Part shown: in pieces, positions 43,899-54,010 of the stretch
How positions within the stretch are numbered: the stretch's first letter is position 1
Layout of the letters: each line of letters starts with the position of its first letter
Assembly (NCBI GenBank): GCA_947384055.1
Contig: CANDFO010000003.1
Span: 983 to 64,982 of the forward strand
Direction of reading: 5' to 3'
Source of the DNA: an uncultured Flavonifractor sp.
GTDB lineage: Bacteria; Bacillota; Clostridia; Oscillospirales; Oscillospiraceae
Length of the DNA: 64,000 nucleotides
Translations under genes and position numbers: made by a program
Notes under the pieces: model-generated
Database searches by the model: none
What the model was told of the DNA's origin: nothing
The model's input: only the letters and a program-made list of their open reading frames with translations

Positions 43899-45944
43899 TC
43901 AGGTCCGTCCGAACCGCCGCTCCAGCTGTCTCCGGGTGAGCTCTACAGCCACCGGTCTCCCGTGGGGGCAGTATTTCACCTGTCCGTCCATTACCGCCTG
44001 AGCCACCCGCAGCAGCTCCTGCCGGGCGTTTTTTTGTCCCCCCTTGATGGCGGCCTTGCACGCCATTGTGTGCAAAAGCGCATCCCTGGCCGCCTCCGGG
44101 TCGGCCCTGCCGGTGGCCAGCAGCTTGACTCCCAGCTCCGCCAGCGCCCCTTCAATCTCCCCGGCGTCTACGTCCGCGGGCGCCGCCCGGACAATCAGCG
44201 CGCCGCCGCCGAAGTCCTCAAGCTCAAACCCAAACCGCTCCAGCAGGGACAGATGCGCCAGCAGCGCAGCTCCCTCCTCCGGTGGCGGCGTAAACACCAC
44301 CGGCGTCAGCAGCGCCTGGACCATAGGGCGGTAACTCTCCGCTTTAAGTCGGTCAAAATTCATCCGCTCATGGGCGGCGTGCTTGTCAATGAACAGGACG
44401 CTGTCTCCCTGCTCCACAATGATATAGGTGTTGAGCACCTCTCCCGCCAGACGCCAGGAGACGGGGTCCGGCATGGCTTCCAACTGGGGCTCCGGAGGCA
44501 CGGCAGACGCCTCCCCGCCGCCGGAGGACCGTGCTTCCGCCAGCTCCGTTTCCTCCGCCTCCCGGCAGAGCTCCTCCGGTGTTTCCGCCGGAACACGCCT
44601 TTCTCTGGGTATTCCGGTTTCCCCGCTCTCTTTGGATGCGTCCTCCTCCCGGCTGCGGGACAAACCGTATTTCTCCTGCCGGGCCGTCGGAACATTTGGC
44701 CGCCCGGTGGCGCCCTCTCCGGCCCGCTCCTGGCACGCGGTTATGTCGTGCAGGGGCAGCGCCGCGGCCAGGCCTCCCTCACGCTTCAAAAACTCCTGTG
44801 CGGTCATGGTCTGAAACCCGCCCCGTCCCGTGGCGAAAGGCTTTCCTGCCCGTCTGTCCGCCGGATATCCGGCCGCCCCCGCTTTCATACGGCCGGCGCT
44901 CTGCCCGGCAGGAATCTTATCCCGGTCCGGTGCGCCCTGTGCCGGGGGCCGGGTATGGTCGGCTTCCAGCGCGGAAAGCACTGCGTAATACACCGCCTCG
45001 AACACCCGCCGCTCAGAGCCGAACTTCACCTCCTGCTTGGTAGGGTGGACGTTTACATCCACCGTGCTGAGCTTACAGGTCAGGTGCAGTACACAGCCGG
45101 GGAATTTACCCACCATCTTCTGGTTGGCATAGGCCTCCTCCAGCGCGGCCAGCATGGTGCGGCTTTTGATGTGCCGCCCGTTGACGAAGAAAAACTGATA
45201 GCCTCTTGTTCCCCTGCAGCAGGAGGGCAGCGAGACAAATCCGCTTACCGACATCTCCTCGCCGGAGCCGTTTACGGGAATAAACCCCAGGGCCAAGTCC
45301 CGGTCCAGCACCGCATACAGGGCGCTCTGCAAAAGTCCGTCCCCCGGCGTAAGCAGCTCCTGTCTGCCATCCCGCAGGAACTTTACGCTTACCTCCGGGT
45401 GCGACAGGGCTGTGCGCTGGACCGCCGCGAAGCAGGCCGCGCCCTCGGCGGCGTCTTTTTTCATAAACTTCAGCCGGGCAGGGGTGTTGTAGAACAGGTC
45501 TCGCACCACTATGGTAGTCCCCTGGGGACATCCCGCCTCCTCCTGAGAAAGGACGGTTCCACCCTCCAGAGAGAGACTGGTCCCCAGCTCCGCGCCCCGG
45601 GCCCGGGTCAGAAGCTCCACCCGGGAGACCGCAGCTATGGCGGCCAGCGCCTCCCCCCGGAAGCCCAGTGTTCCAATGGCCTCCAGGTCGAATTCACTGC
45701 GCAGCTTGCTGGTGGCGTGGCGCAGAAAGGCGCACGGAGCCTCCTCCGGCACGATGCCGCAGCCGTCGTCGGTTACGCGGATCAGCGTCATTCCGCCGTG
45801 CTGAATTTCTACCGTGACGCTCCCCGCGCCCGCGTCCACGGCGTTCTCCATCAGCTCCTTTACCACGCTGGCCGGCCGTTCTACCACCTCTCCGGCCGCA
45901 ATTAAATCGGCCACATGGGGGGAAAGCTGTTCAATATGGGGCAT
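43899..45944 (-). CDS. mutL: DNA mismatch repair protein MutL
   Basis: 681 aa with an N-terminal GHKL ATPase (IAAGEVVERPASVVKELMENAVDAG, DDGCGI, FRGEAL). The C-terminal endonuclease domain has DKHAAHERMNF and CPHGRP motifs. Confidence 0.94.
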   Translation of the reverse strand: MPHIEQLSPHVADLIAAGEVVERPASVVKELMENAVDAGAGSVTVEIQHGGMTLIRVTDDGCGIVPEEAPCAFLRHATSKLRSEFDLEAIGTLGFRGEALAAIAAVSRVELLTRARGAELGTSLSLEGGTVLSQEEAGCPQGTTIVVRDLFYNTPARLKFMKKDAAEGAACFAAVQRTALSHPEVSVKFLRDGRQELLTPGDGLLQSALYAVLDRDLALGFIPVNGSGEEMSVSGFVSLPSCCRGTRGYQFFFVNGRHIKSRTMLAALEEAYANQKMVGKFPGCVLHLTCKLSTVDVNVHPTKQEVKFGSERRVFEAVYYAVLSALEADHTRPPAQGAPDRDKIPAGQSAGRMKAGAAGYPADRRAGKPFATGRGGFQTMTAQEFLKREGGLAAALPLHDITACQERAGEGATGRPNVPTARQEKYGLSRSREEDASKESGETGIPRERRVPAETPEELCREAEETELAEARSSGGGEASAVPPEPQLEAMPDPVSWRLAGEVLNTYIIVEQGDSVLFIDKHAAHERMNFDRLKAESYRPMVQALLTPVVFTPPPEEGAALLAHLSLLERFGFELEDFGGGALIVRAAPADVDAGEIEGALAELGVKLLATGRADPEAARDALLHTMACKAAIKGGQKNARQELLRVAQAVMDGQVKYCPHGRPVAVELTRRQLERRFGRT

Positions 45945-46031
45945 CGGGTTCTCCTTTCTTTCGGCTGTCCTTTTCGGCCGGGTTTCCCCGGTGCGGAACC
46001 GCCGCCCTTATGCAGCCGGACACCGGAACTA

Positions 46032-48632
46032 CTACAGCATCTGCTTCAGCTCAAAGAGAAGATTCATCGCCTCAATGGGGGTCAGGGTATTCACATCCAC
46101 CTGCCGCAGGCGCTCTGCAATCCGCCCGGCCCCCATATCCAGCAGCGACACCTGCTCCTCCCCGGCGCTCTCCGAGGCGGCGGGGGCTCGCGGAGGCCCT
46201 CCGGCCTCCAGCTCCTCCAGAATCTGCCTGGCCCGCTGTACCACCCGCTCCGGCACGCCGGCCAGCTTCGCCACCTCCACGCCAAAGCTCTCGTCCGCGC
46301 CTCCCCGGACAATTTTTCGCAGGAAAATCACGTCGTCCTTCCGCTTTTTAGCGGCAATATTGTAATTTTTTACTCCCGGGAGCTGCCCTTCCAGACAGGT
46401 CAGCTCGTGATAGTGGGTGGCAAAGAGGGTCTTTGCCCCCAGCCGCTTTTTGTCGGCGCAGTACTCCAGCACCGCCCGCGCAATGGCCATCCCGTCATAG
46501 GTGGAGGTGCCCCGGCCGATCTCGTCCAAAATCAGCAGGCTTTTGTCCGTGGCGTTTTTCAGCAGCTCGGCCACCTCGGTCATCTCCACCATAAAGGTGG
46601 ACTGCCCGGCGGACACGTCGTCGCTGGCCCCGATGCGGGTGAACACCCGGTCTACAATCCCAATCCGGGCGGCTTTGGCCGGCACAAAAGACCCCATCTG
46701 CGCCATTAGCACAATCAGCGCCACCTGGCGCATATAGGTAGACTTTCCCGCCATATTGGGTCCGGTGATAATGGCCGCGGTGTGCTCTCCCCCGTCCATC
46801 CGTGTGTCGTTGGGTACAAAAAGGCTGTTTTTCAGCCTCCGCTCCACCACTGGGTGGCGTCCCTCCACAATTTCCAACCTGCCCGACAGGTCCACCTCCG
46901 GGCGGCAATATCCGTACTCCGCCGCTGCTGCCGCAAAAGAGGTCAGCACGTCAATCTGCCCTGCCGCCGCCGCGGAGCGCTGAACCCGCCCCACCTGAGC
47001 TGCTGTTTGCTCCCGAACCTGACAGAACAGCTCGTATTCCAGGGCGGTAATCCGGTCCTGAGCGGAGAGGATGGTGTGCTCCATGTCTTTGAGCTCCTGG
47101 GTGATATATCGCTCGCAGTTGGCCAGAGTCTGCTTGCGCACATAGTCCTGGGGCACCTGGTCATAGTAGGATTTGGACACCTCGATGTAGTAGCCAAATA
47201 CCTTATTGAAGCCTACCTTCAGACTTTTAATCCCGGTGCGCTCTTTTTCCCGGGCCTCTACCGCGGCCACCATGCCCTTGCCGTTGGCCATAATGTCCCG
47301 CAGGCGGTCCACCTCCTGGCTGAAACCGGCCCGGATTATGCCGCCCTCCCGGACGGAAAAGGGAGGCTCATCCACAATGGCGCTGTCGATCAGCGCCCGC
47401 AGCTCCCGCAGGTCGTCCAGCTCCTCCCGCAGAGTCCTCAGCAGCGCGGAGGAATAGGGCTCCAGCCTCTCCCGCAGGGCAGGCAGCCTTCCCAATCCCC
47501 TGGACAGGGCCGCCAGGTCCCGGCCCCCGGCCGTGCCGTAGACAATCCGCCCGATCAGCCGCTCCAGGTCTCCGACCTCCCGCAGGCAGAGAATCAGCTC
47601 CTCCCGGCCGATGGCGTCCCCCGTCAGCTCACCCACCGCGGACAGCCGGCGGCTGATGGCCCCCGGAGAGAGCAGGGGACGCTCCATCCATGCCCGGATG
47701 AGCCGGTGTCCCATGGGTGTGCGGGTCTTGTCCAGCACACCCAGCAGGCTTCCCCGCTTTTCGCCCCCCCGCATGGTCTGCGCGAGCTCCAGTGTCCGCC
47801 GGGCAGTGGCGTCCAGCTCCATGAACTGACCGCAGGTGAGATACCGCAGAGCGGCGATATGGGACAGGTCCGTCTTCTGGGTCTCGTAGAGATAGCTCAG
47901 CAGTCCGCCGACGGCCTGGAGCCCATGGGTGTTCCCCTGGGGAAGCTCTTCCAGTCCCTCTTTAAACTGCTTCCGCACCAGGGTTTCGGCGGCATCCTCC
48001 CGAAAGCGGGCCTCTCCCCCGTTTTCACAGCGGCATTCCAACGTCCGCTTCAGATATTGCAGCAGGTTTTCATCCGACCACGCCCCGTCGCTGAGCACCG
48101 CCTCCCGGGGAGAAAAGCGGCTCAGCTCGTTGAAAAGATGCTCCTCTCCCTCTCCGCCGGGGGCAAAGTCGGCGGCGGCGCACTCCCCTGTGGATATATC
48201 GCAGAAGCACAGGCCCGTGCCCTGGCTGTCCCGGTAGAGGGAACAGATATAGTTGTTCCGGCCCTCTTCCAGCATGGAGGTGTCGATTACTGTGCCTGGC
48301 GTTACAATGCGGATCACCTCCCGGTCCACCAGACCCTTGGCCTGGGCCGGGTCCTCCATCTGTTCGCAGATGGCTACTTTATAGCCCCGGGCGATGAGGC
48401 GGGCAATATAGGCGTCGGCAGAGTGGTAGGGCACGCCGCACATGGGGGTGCGCTCCTCCTGGGGCTTGCTTCGGTCCCGGCTCGTCAGGGTAAGCTCCAG
48501 CTCCTTGGACGCCAAAACCGCATCCTCGTCGAACATCTCATAAAAGTCCCCCAGGCGGAAAAACAGGATACAGTCCGGATGAAGGTCCTTTATTTTTCTG
48601 TACTGCTTGCGCATAGGGGTTAATTCGGCCAT
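46032..48632 (-). CDS. mutS: DNA mismatch repair protein MutS
   Basis: 866 aa with the mismatch-binding N-terminus (TPMRKQY..FFRLGDFYEMF), Walker A (GPNMAGKSTYMRQ) and DEIGRGTSTYDG. Confidence 0.96.
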   Translation of the reverse strand: MAELTPMRKQYRKIKDLHPDCILFFRLGDFYEMFDEDAVLASKELELTLTSRDRSKPQEERTPMCGVPYHSADAYIARLIARGYKVAICEQMEDPAQAKGLVDREVIRIVTPGTVIDTSMLEEGRNNYICSLYRDSQGTGLCFCDISTGECAAADFAPGGEGEEHLFNELSRFSPREAVLSDGAWSDENLLQYLKRTLECRCENGGEARFREDAAETLVRKQFKEGLEELPQGNTHGLQAVGGLLSYLYETQKTDLSHIAALRYLTCGQFMELDATARRTLELAQTMRGGEKRGSLLGVLDKTRTPMGHRLIRAWMERPLLSPGAISRRLSAVGELTGDAIGREELILCLREVGDLERLIGRIVYGTAGGRDLAALSRGLGRLPALRERLEPYSSALLRTLREELDDLRELRALIDSAIVDEPPFSVREGGIIRAGFSQEVDRLRDIMANGKGMVAAVEAREKERTGIKSLKVGFNKVFGYYIEVSKSYYDQVPQDYVRKQTLANCERYITQELKDMEHTILSAQDRITALEYELFCQVREQTAAQVGRVQRSAAAAGQIDVLTSFAAAAAEYGYCRPEVDLSGRLEIVEGRHPVVERRLKNSLFVPNDTRMDGGEHTAAIITGPNMAGKSTYMRQVALIVLMAQMGSFVPAKAARIGIVDRVFTRIGASDDVSAGQSTFMVEMTEVAELLKNATDKSLLILDEIGRGTSTYDGMAIARAVLEYCADKKRLGAKTLFATHYHELTCLEGQLPGVKNYNIAAKKRKDDVIFLRKIVRGGADESFGVEVAKLAGVPERVVQRARQILEELEAGGPPRAPAASESAGEEQVSLLDMGAGRIAERLRQVDVNTLTPIEAMNLLFELKQML

Positions 48633-48723
48633 TCCTGTTTCTCCTTTTCTCTCTGTGCCGTCGGCGTGTCCGCTCCTGACAGCGCCTGCCTATGGATGGA
48701 ATTTGTCGGTTATAAAACGGCGG

Positions 48724-49452
48724 CTACAGCGGAGCCTTCTGGATTTTCGCCCACCGCCTGGGGAAGCCCTTGGGCCCAGGGGCTATTTTTTCTATGTGCA
48801 CAACCCGGTGTGTAATCTGCGTACCGGGAATGGCGTAGTTCCATCCGGGGCGCAGAACACCCCCCAGGGTCTGAATCCCCCGGGCAGCCCTGGAGATCTC
48901 CCCGTCGCAATCCACACTCTTCATGGCCAGAAACGCGCCCCCTGTCCTGACAAAGGGCAGGCAGAGCTCGCATAAAAGTTCCAGCGGAGCCACAGCCCGG
49001 GAGGTCACGATATCAAAGCCGTCCCGAAATCCGGGCTTGTGGGCCTGCTCCTCCGCCCGAGCGTGGAGTGTACGAATCCCCTCCAGCTCCAGCCGGGCAC
49101 AGACCTCCGCCAGCCAGTCCAACCGTTTGTTCAGACTGTCCAACAGTGTGACGTCCAGGCTGGGCTGGAGGATTTTCAGCACCATCCCCGGAAAACCCGC
49201 GCCGGTTCCCACATCCAGCAGCCGCTTTCCCTGAAACTCCATGCCGGGCATGCGCAAAAGTGCGGCACAGTCCAGCATATGGAGGTTCACCACGTCCACC
49301 GGGTCTGTAATAGCCGTCAGGTTCATCACCTTGTTTTTTTCCAGCAGGAGCCGGCCATAGGTCTCCAGCTGTTCGGCGGAACCGGAGGGAATCCCACCGG
49401 ACAGGCCCAGCTCTTCCAGTCCCCGGGTCAGCAGCTCCATAACCTCATCCAT
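48724..49452 (-). CDS. rsmG: 16S rRNA (guanine527-N7)-methyltransferase
   Basis: Start at MDEVMELL (an alternative ATG lies at 49440). It has the SAM-binding motif DVGTGAGFPG and the GidB fold. Confidence 0.88.
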   Translation of the reverse strand: MDEVMELLTRGLEELGLSGGIPSGSAEQLETYGRLLLEKNKVMNLTAITDPVDVVNLHMLDCAALLRMPGMEFQGKRLLDVGTGAGFPGMVLKILQPSLDVTLLDSLNKRLDWLAEVCARLELEGIRTLHARAEEQAHKPGFRDGFDIVTSRAVAPLELLCELCLPFVRTGGAFLAMKSVDCDGEISRAARGIQTLGGVLRPGWNYAIPGTQITHRVVHIEKIAPGPKGFPRRWAKIQKAPL

Positions 49453-49816
49453 ATGTCTGCCCCCCCAGACCGGCAATCAGGGCGGGCAGACCGTCCGCCA
49501 GCCCCAGTAGAACCACAAGGACACACAGCACGGCCAGCACCGCCAGCACGCAGCGCTTCCACGCGGGACATTCCGCCTGCCGCAGCTGGAGCAGGCACAG
49601 CACCGCCATGCCCGCTGCACCAGGGCACACCAGCAGAGGTCCTACTCCGGTCAAGTAGGTTCCGCCGCTATAAAAGGGATATAGATTCAGCAGCACCAGT
49701 AAAACCATATATACCACCCCTACCCAGGCGGCGGTGCGTTTGGCAGGGGACGCGGGTGTAAATTTCTCCTGTCCTTCCGGTTTTTCCACATCAGCATGTT
49801 TTTCCTCTTGAGCCAC
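49445..49816 (-). CDS. Hypothetical small membrane protein
   Basis: GTG at 49816 lies 7 nt after AAGGAGG. The ~123 aa product has 3 hydrophobic helices. Its end overlaps the rsmG start by 8 nt. The longer 178-aa ORF in the track lacks an RBS. Confidence 0.45.
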   Translation of the reverse strand: MAQEEKHADVEKPEGQEKFTPASPAKRTAAWVGVVYMVLLVLLNLYPFYSGGTYLTGVGPLLVCPGAAGMAVLCLLQLRQAECPAWKRCVLAVLAVLCVLVVLLGLADGLPALIAGLGGQTYG

Positions 49817-50062
49817 GGCCGTGCCTCCTTTCCGGTTATGGAAACCGGAACCAGCCGTCCCTGCGGCTGGTTCCGTCGTCCCTCCGTTATATAGTCGAAT
49901 AATTTGAAAACAGTACGGCTGTTCTTCAAAGGAATTTTGCCCGCCTGCATATAACGCGCGATATTTGCCTATGAAATCCAAACCGAGACTGCCCTGTTCG
50001 GGCGTTTGGCCCGGGCATTTGAAAACGGTTCACAGGCTCTCTTCAGGACGGCTGATTACGCT

Positions 50063-51376
50063 CTATGATTTGGCCGGTGTCAGCCGCTCTTTGCCGCCCA
50101 TGTAGGGCCGCAGAACCTGGGGCACTGTGACGCTCCCGTCCTCGCACAGGTTGTTCTCCAACAGGGCAATGAGCATCCGGGGCGGAGCCACTACCGTATT
50201 GTTCAGGGTGTGGGGAAGATAGGTTTTTCCGTCGCTCCCCTTGGCGCGGATTTTCAGGCGGCGGGACTGGGCGTCCCCCAGATTGGAGCAGGAGCACACT
50301 TCAAAATACTTCTGCTGACGGGGCGACCAGGCCTCGATATCGCAGGATTTAACCTTCAGGTCCGCCAGATCTCCGGAACAGCACTCCAGCTGGCGCACTG
50401 GAATATCCATGGAGCGGAAGAGCTCCACCGAGTAGCGCCACATCTTCTCATACCAGTCCATAGAGTCCTCCGGCCTGCATACCACAATCATCTCCTGCTT
50501 TTCAAACTGGTGAATGCGGTAAACTCCCCGCTCCTCAATACCGTGGGAGCCTTTCTCCTTGCGGAAGCAGGGGGAGTAGGAGGTCAGGGTCTGGGGCAGC
50601 GAGCTCTCCGGGAGAATCTGGTCAATAAAGCGGCCGATCATGGAGTGCTCAGAGGTGCCGATCAGGTAGAGGTCCTCTCCCTCAATCTTATACATCATGG
50701 CCTCCATGTCCGCAAAAGACATGACGCCCTCCACCACGTTGCCGTGGATCATAAAGGGTGGAATGCAGAAGGTAAAGCCCTTGTCAATCATAAAGTCCCG
50801 GGCATAGGCCAGCACCGCCTCGTGGAGCCGGGCCACGTCCCCCAGCAGATAGTAAAATCCGGAGCCGGATACCCGCCCGGCGGCGTCCATGTCAATGCCG
50901 GCCAGAGATTCCATAATCTCTGTGTGATAGGGGATGGGGAAGGACGGGGTCACGGGCTCTCCAAAGCGCTCTACCTCCACATTGGCGGAGTCGTCCGGTC
51001 CAATGGGTACCGACGGGTCAATTATCTGGGGAATTACCATCATGATTTTCCGGATCTCTTCGGCCAGCTCGCTCTCCCGCTTTTCCAACTCCGCCAGCCG
51101 CTGGGCGTCGTCGGATACCTGCCGCTTCAGACGCTCGGCCTCTTCCAGCTTAGCCGGGTCGTTGGATTTTTTAGCCTGCCCCATGAGTATGCCAACCTGC
51201 TTGGACAGGGCGTTGCGCTGGGTGCGCAGATTCTGGGCCTCCTGGATGGTATCCCGGTTCTCCTTGTCCAGGGCAATTACCCGGTCTACCAGGGGGAGTT
51301 TATCCTCTTGGAATTTTTTCTTAATGTTCTCTTTTACGGCTTCCGGGTTCTCCCGGAGGAATTTAATGTCTATCAT
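50063..51376 (-). CDS. serS: Serine--tRNA ligase
   Basis: Start at MIDIKFLRENPE, with GAGGTG 6 nt upstream. It has the N-terminal coiled-coil arm and class II motifs (FRKEKGSHG..RG.YR.HQF.K.E, GR). Confidence 0.93.
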   Translation of the reverse strand: MIDIKFLRENPEAVKENIKKKFQEDKLPLVDRVIALDKENRDTIQEAQNLRTQRNALSKQVGILMGQAKKSNDPAKLEEAERLKRQVSDDAQRLAELEKRESELAEEIRKIMMVIPQIIDPSVPIGPDDSANVEVERFGEPVTPSFPIPYHTEIMESLAGIDMDAAGRVSGSGFYYLLGDVARLHEAVLAYARDFMIDKGFTFCIPPFMIHGNVVEGVMSFADMEAMMYKIEGEDLYLIGTSEHSMIGRFIDQILPESSLPQTLTSYSPCFRKEKGSHGIEERGVYRIHQFEKQEMIVVCRPEDSMDWYEKMWRYSVELFRSMDIPVRQLECCSGDLADLKVKSCDIEAWSPRQQKYFEVCSCSNLGDAQSRRLKIRAKGSDGKTYLPHTLNNTVVAPPRMLIALLENNLCEDGSVTVPQVLRPYMGGKERLTPAKS

Positions 51377-51425
51377 ACTTTTCACCTCATATTATTTTCC
51401 GCTGCCCTCCCATGGTCCGCCGGGC

Positions 51426-51441
51426 TGTTTCACGTGAAACA
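51426..51441. promoter_or_regulatory. parS centromere-like site 1
   Basis: TGTTTCACGTGAAACA is a perfect 16 bp palindrome matching the Firmicute parS consensus TGTTNCACGTGAAACA. Confidence 0.85.
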
Positions 51442-51513
51442 AAGCGCATAGGGAAAACCGGGCAGATATGCGGGAACAGGGCCAACCCGGTGTGTGGAGA
51501 CTTGGTCAGGTGT

Positions 51514-52092
51514 TTATGGATTCAGCCACCCCGCAAGTGCCCGATAGGACTCCAGCGGGTTATAAAGCTCCCGCTCCTCCTGGCTCATTCCCTGGGTAAA
51601 GTCCTCCAGCCGGGCCTCTAAATCCGGGTACTCCTCCAGCAGCGCCCTGGCCTCCCGGTTGCGGTGCTGATTGTAGAGGGCCCGCACCTCGTTAAGAATC
51701 TGGAGAGCCTGGGCCTGGGCCTGGGCTGCCTGAGCCGCCTGTTCTGCCTGCGCGGTATCTCCGGCAGCGGCATCCAGCTGGGTCTGGAGTGTTTCAGACT
51801 GACGTTCCAGCTGTTCCAGCTGCTCCTCCAGCGTCTGACGCTCCTGAACCAGGCGGTCCCGCTCCTCAATTAAGTTTTCCAGAGACTGGACTGCCGAGGT
51901 GGAGGTCTTTTGCAGGTCATCCAGCGTCTCCCGATTGATTCGCTGCTGCATAAAGTAAGACAGCAGCAGCAACAGAAACGCTGCCGCAAAGAGGACCGCC
52001 AGATAGACCATAACCGATCCTCGTTTGTGAGGCCGAGTGTGTTCCGCCTCGTGCTGGAGGTCATTGGCGGTGTGCTCCTGTTCGGTATTCAC
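51514..52092 (-). CDS. Membrane-anchored coiled-coil protein, translationally coupled to parB
   Basis: 192 aa. Its GTG start overlaps the parB stop (GTGA). It has one TM helix followed by Gln/Glu/Leu-rich heptad-like repeats. The family is not confidently recognised. Confidence 0.6.
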   Translation of the reverse strand: MNTEQEHTANDLQHEAEHTRPHKRGSVMVYLAVLFAAAFLLLLLSYFMQQRINRETLDDLQKTSTSAVQSLENLIEERDRLVQERQTLEEQLEQLERQSETLQTQLDAAAGDTAQAEQAAQAAQAQAQALQILNEVRALYNQHRNREARALLEEYPDLEARLEDFTQGMSQEERELYNPLESYRALAGWLNP

Positions 52093-52988
52093 GGAACCCC
52101 GCCTCCTTTCCTGCCCGCTGAGTGGTTTTCCAGCTGTTCCAGCAGGAGAGTCAGGTCCTCGTCATTGTAAAACTCAATTTCCACCTTGCCTTTTTTGGCT
52201 CCCATGGTGATGGACACCTTGCGGCCCCAGTGGGTGCTCAGGTCCTTGGCGGCGGCATCCCGGTAGAGCTTCATGGGATCTGCTTTTTCACCACTTTCGC
52301 CGTCCGTCTCCTCCTCCTGGCTCTTGGTTAAGCGGCGGGCCAGCGCCTCAGTCTGTCGGACAGACAGGTCCTCCGCTACGACCTTCTGGGCCAGTTTTTT
52401 TTGGCAATCCCCGCTGGGGGCCGAGAGAATCGCCCTGGCATGTCCGGCGGAAAGCCTCCCTTCTTCCAGCAGCAGGCAGACCGAATCCGGCAGCGCCAGA
52501 AGCCGCAGGGCGTTGGCCACCGCCGGCCGGGACCGGCCCACCCGCTGGGCCACCTCCTCCTGTGTAAGGCCGTACTCCTCAATCAGCGCCCGGTAGCCTC
52601 CGGCCTCCTCCATGGGATTCAAATCCTCCCGCTGAAGATTTTCAATCAGACCCAGCTCCATTACCTTTCGGTCGTCGGCTTCCAGAATCACGGCGGGTAT
52701 CTCTGTCAGTCCCGCCAGCTTTGCCGCCCGCCAGCGCCGCTCCCCGGCGATAATCTGATAATAGCCCGAGGACAGTCGGCGGACGCTGAGAGGCTGAATT
52801 ACCCCATGGGTGCGAATTGAATCGGCCAAATCTGCCAGGCTCTCCTCATCGAACCGCTTGCGGGGCTGCTTTACCCCCGGTTCCACCTGGGAAATGGGAA
52901 GAGAGAGCGAACCGCCCTCCTGAGTCTGCAAGGCGGCATCCCCCAAAAGTGCGCCCAGGCCCTTGCCCAGGCCGCGTTCTGATGCCAT
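52089..52988 (-). CDS. parB: Chromosome partitioning protein ParB (Spo0J)
   Basis: 299 aa with the ParB box (IRTHGVIQPLSVRR..YQIIAGERRWRAAKLAGL) and the HTH (LTQEEVAQRVGRSRPAVANALRLL). Confidence 0.9.
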   Translation of the reverse strand: MASERGLGKGLGALLGDAALQTQEGGSLSLPISQVEPGVKQPRKRFDEESLADLADSIRTHGVIQPLSVRRLSSGYYQIIAGERRWRAAKLAGLTEIPAVILEADDRKVMELGLIENLQREDLNPMEEAGGYRALIEEYGLTQEEVAQRVGRSRPAVANALRLLALPDSVCLLLEEGRLSAGHARAILSAPSGDCQKKLAQKVVAEDLSVRQTEALARRLTKSQEEETDGESGEKADPMKLYRDAAAKDLSTHWGRKVSITMGAKKGKVEIEFYNDEDLTLLLEQLENHSAGRKGGGVP

Positions 52989-53038
52989 AAGCTCCTCCTT
53001 TAACCATTTTTATGAATGCTGTTTCTATCGTTCGCCGC

Positions 53039-53809
53039 TCACTTCTGAACAGCCTGTCCATTGTGTTCCATCAGCTCCCGGGCCAGCTGGTCATATGCTT
53101 CCGTACCCCGGGAAAATGCGTCGTAAGCTGATACGGGCTTGCCGTGACTGGGGGCCTCGCTGAGGCGCACGTTGCGGGGAATCACTGTGGCATAGACCTG
53201 ACCGGGAAAATGGCGCTTGACCTCTTCGGACACCTGCATAGACAGGTTGGTTCGGCCGTCGTACATCGTCAGCACCACCCCCTCCAGGCTGATTCCGGGA
53301 TTCAAAGAGCGTTTTACAATACGGATGGTGGAAAGCAGGTCGCTGAGCCCCTCCAGGGCATAGTACTCACATTGAACCGGTACCAGCACCGTGTCTGCCG
53401 CGCACAGGGCGTTGACAGTCAGCATCTCCAGCGAAGGAGGACAGTCCACAAAAATGTAGTCATAATCCCCTTGAAGCTCCTCTAAAGCAGTCCGCAGACG
53501 GTATTCCCTCCCCTCCATAGAGATCATCTCTATGGAAGCGCCTGCCAAAGCCTTGCTGGACGGGAGTACATCTCCATAGGGAGTAGAGACCACAGCTTTT
53601 CGTGGGCCGGCGCCGTTGAGCAACAGGTCATACACGTTGGGAGAGGCGGTCTTGTCCACGCCAAAGCCGGAAGTGGTATTAGCCTGGGGGTCAAAATCAC
53701 AGGCCAGTACCCGGCATCCAAGATTTTTCAGGGCCGCAGACAGATTAACACAGGTGGTTGTCTTGCCTACGCCGCCCTTTTGATTTACGATTGCAATGGT
53801 CTTTGCCAT
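53039..53809 (-). CDS. parA: Chromosome partitioning ATPase ParA (Soj)
   Basis: Start at MAKTIAIVNQKGGVGKTTT (deviant Walker A). The Walker B context is DYIFVDCPPSL. Confidence 0.92.
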   Translation of the reverse strand: MAKTIAIVNQKGGVGKTTTCVNLSAALKNLGCRVLACDFDPQANTTSGFGVDKTASPNVYDLLLNGAGPRKAVVSTPYGDVLPSSKALAGASIEMISMEGREYRLRTALEELQGDYDYIFVDCPPSLEMLTVNALCAADTVLVPVQCEYYALEGLSDLLSTIRIVKRSLNPGISLEGVVLTMYDGRTNLSMQVSEEVKRHFPGQVYATVIPRNVRLSEAPSHGKPVSAYDAFSRGTEAYDQLARELMEHNGQAVQK

Positions 53810-53948
53810 AACACACCTGTCCTCTTTCCTTTCTCTGTATGGGAACAAGCTCTATTATAATGCTGGCAGGCAGGTAAAGCAAGACCATTCGTTCAAAATA
53901 ATTCCCAATCTGGATCCATTGCTTTATGGAGCTTACCTCTTTCCTGAT

Positions 53949-53964
53949 TGTTTCACGTGAAACA
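53949..53964. promoter_or_regulatory. parS centromere-like site 2
   Basis: TGTTTCACGTGAAACA, identical to site 1, lies between noc and parA. Confidence 0.85.
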
Positions 53965-54010
53965 GAGTATCTGTCACCGGCATACCTGAAAACAACAGAC
54001 TTCAGCGGTC

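Noticed and set aside
51386-51513. An expected T-box leader upstream of serS, and likewise upstream of aspS at 14477..14707
   Set aside because: There is no GGUGG-N-ACC T-box core, no specifier-type stem I elements and no terminator with a U-tail. The serS upstream region instead holds a parS site, and aspS is evidently co-transcribed with hisS.
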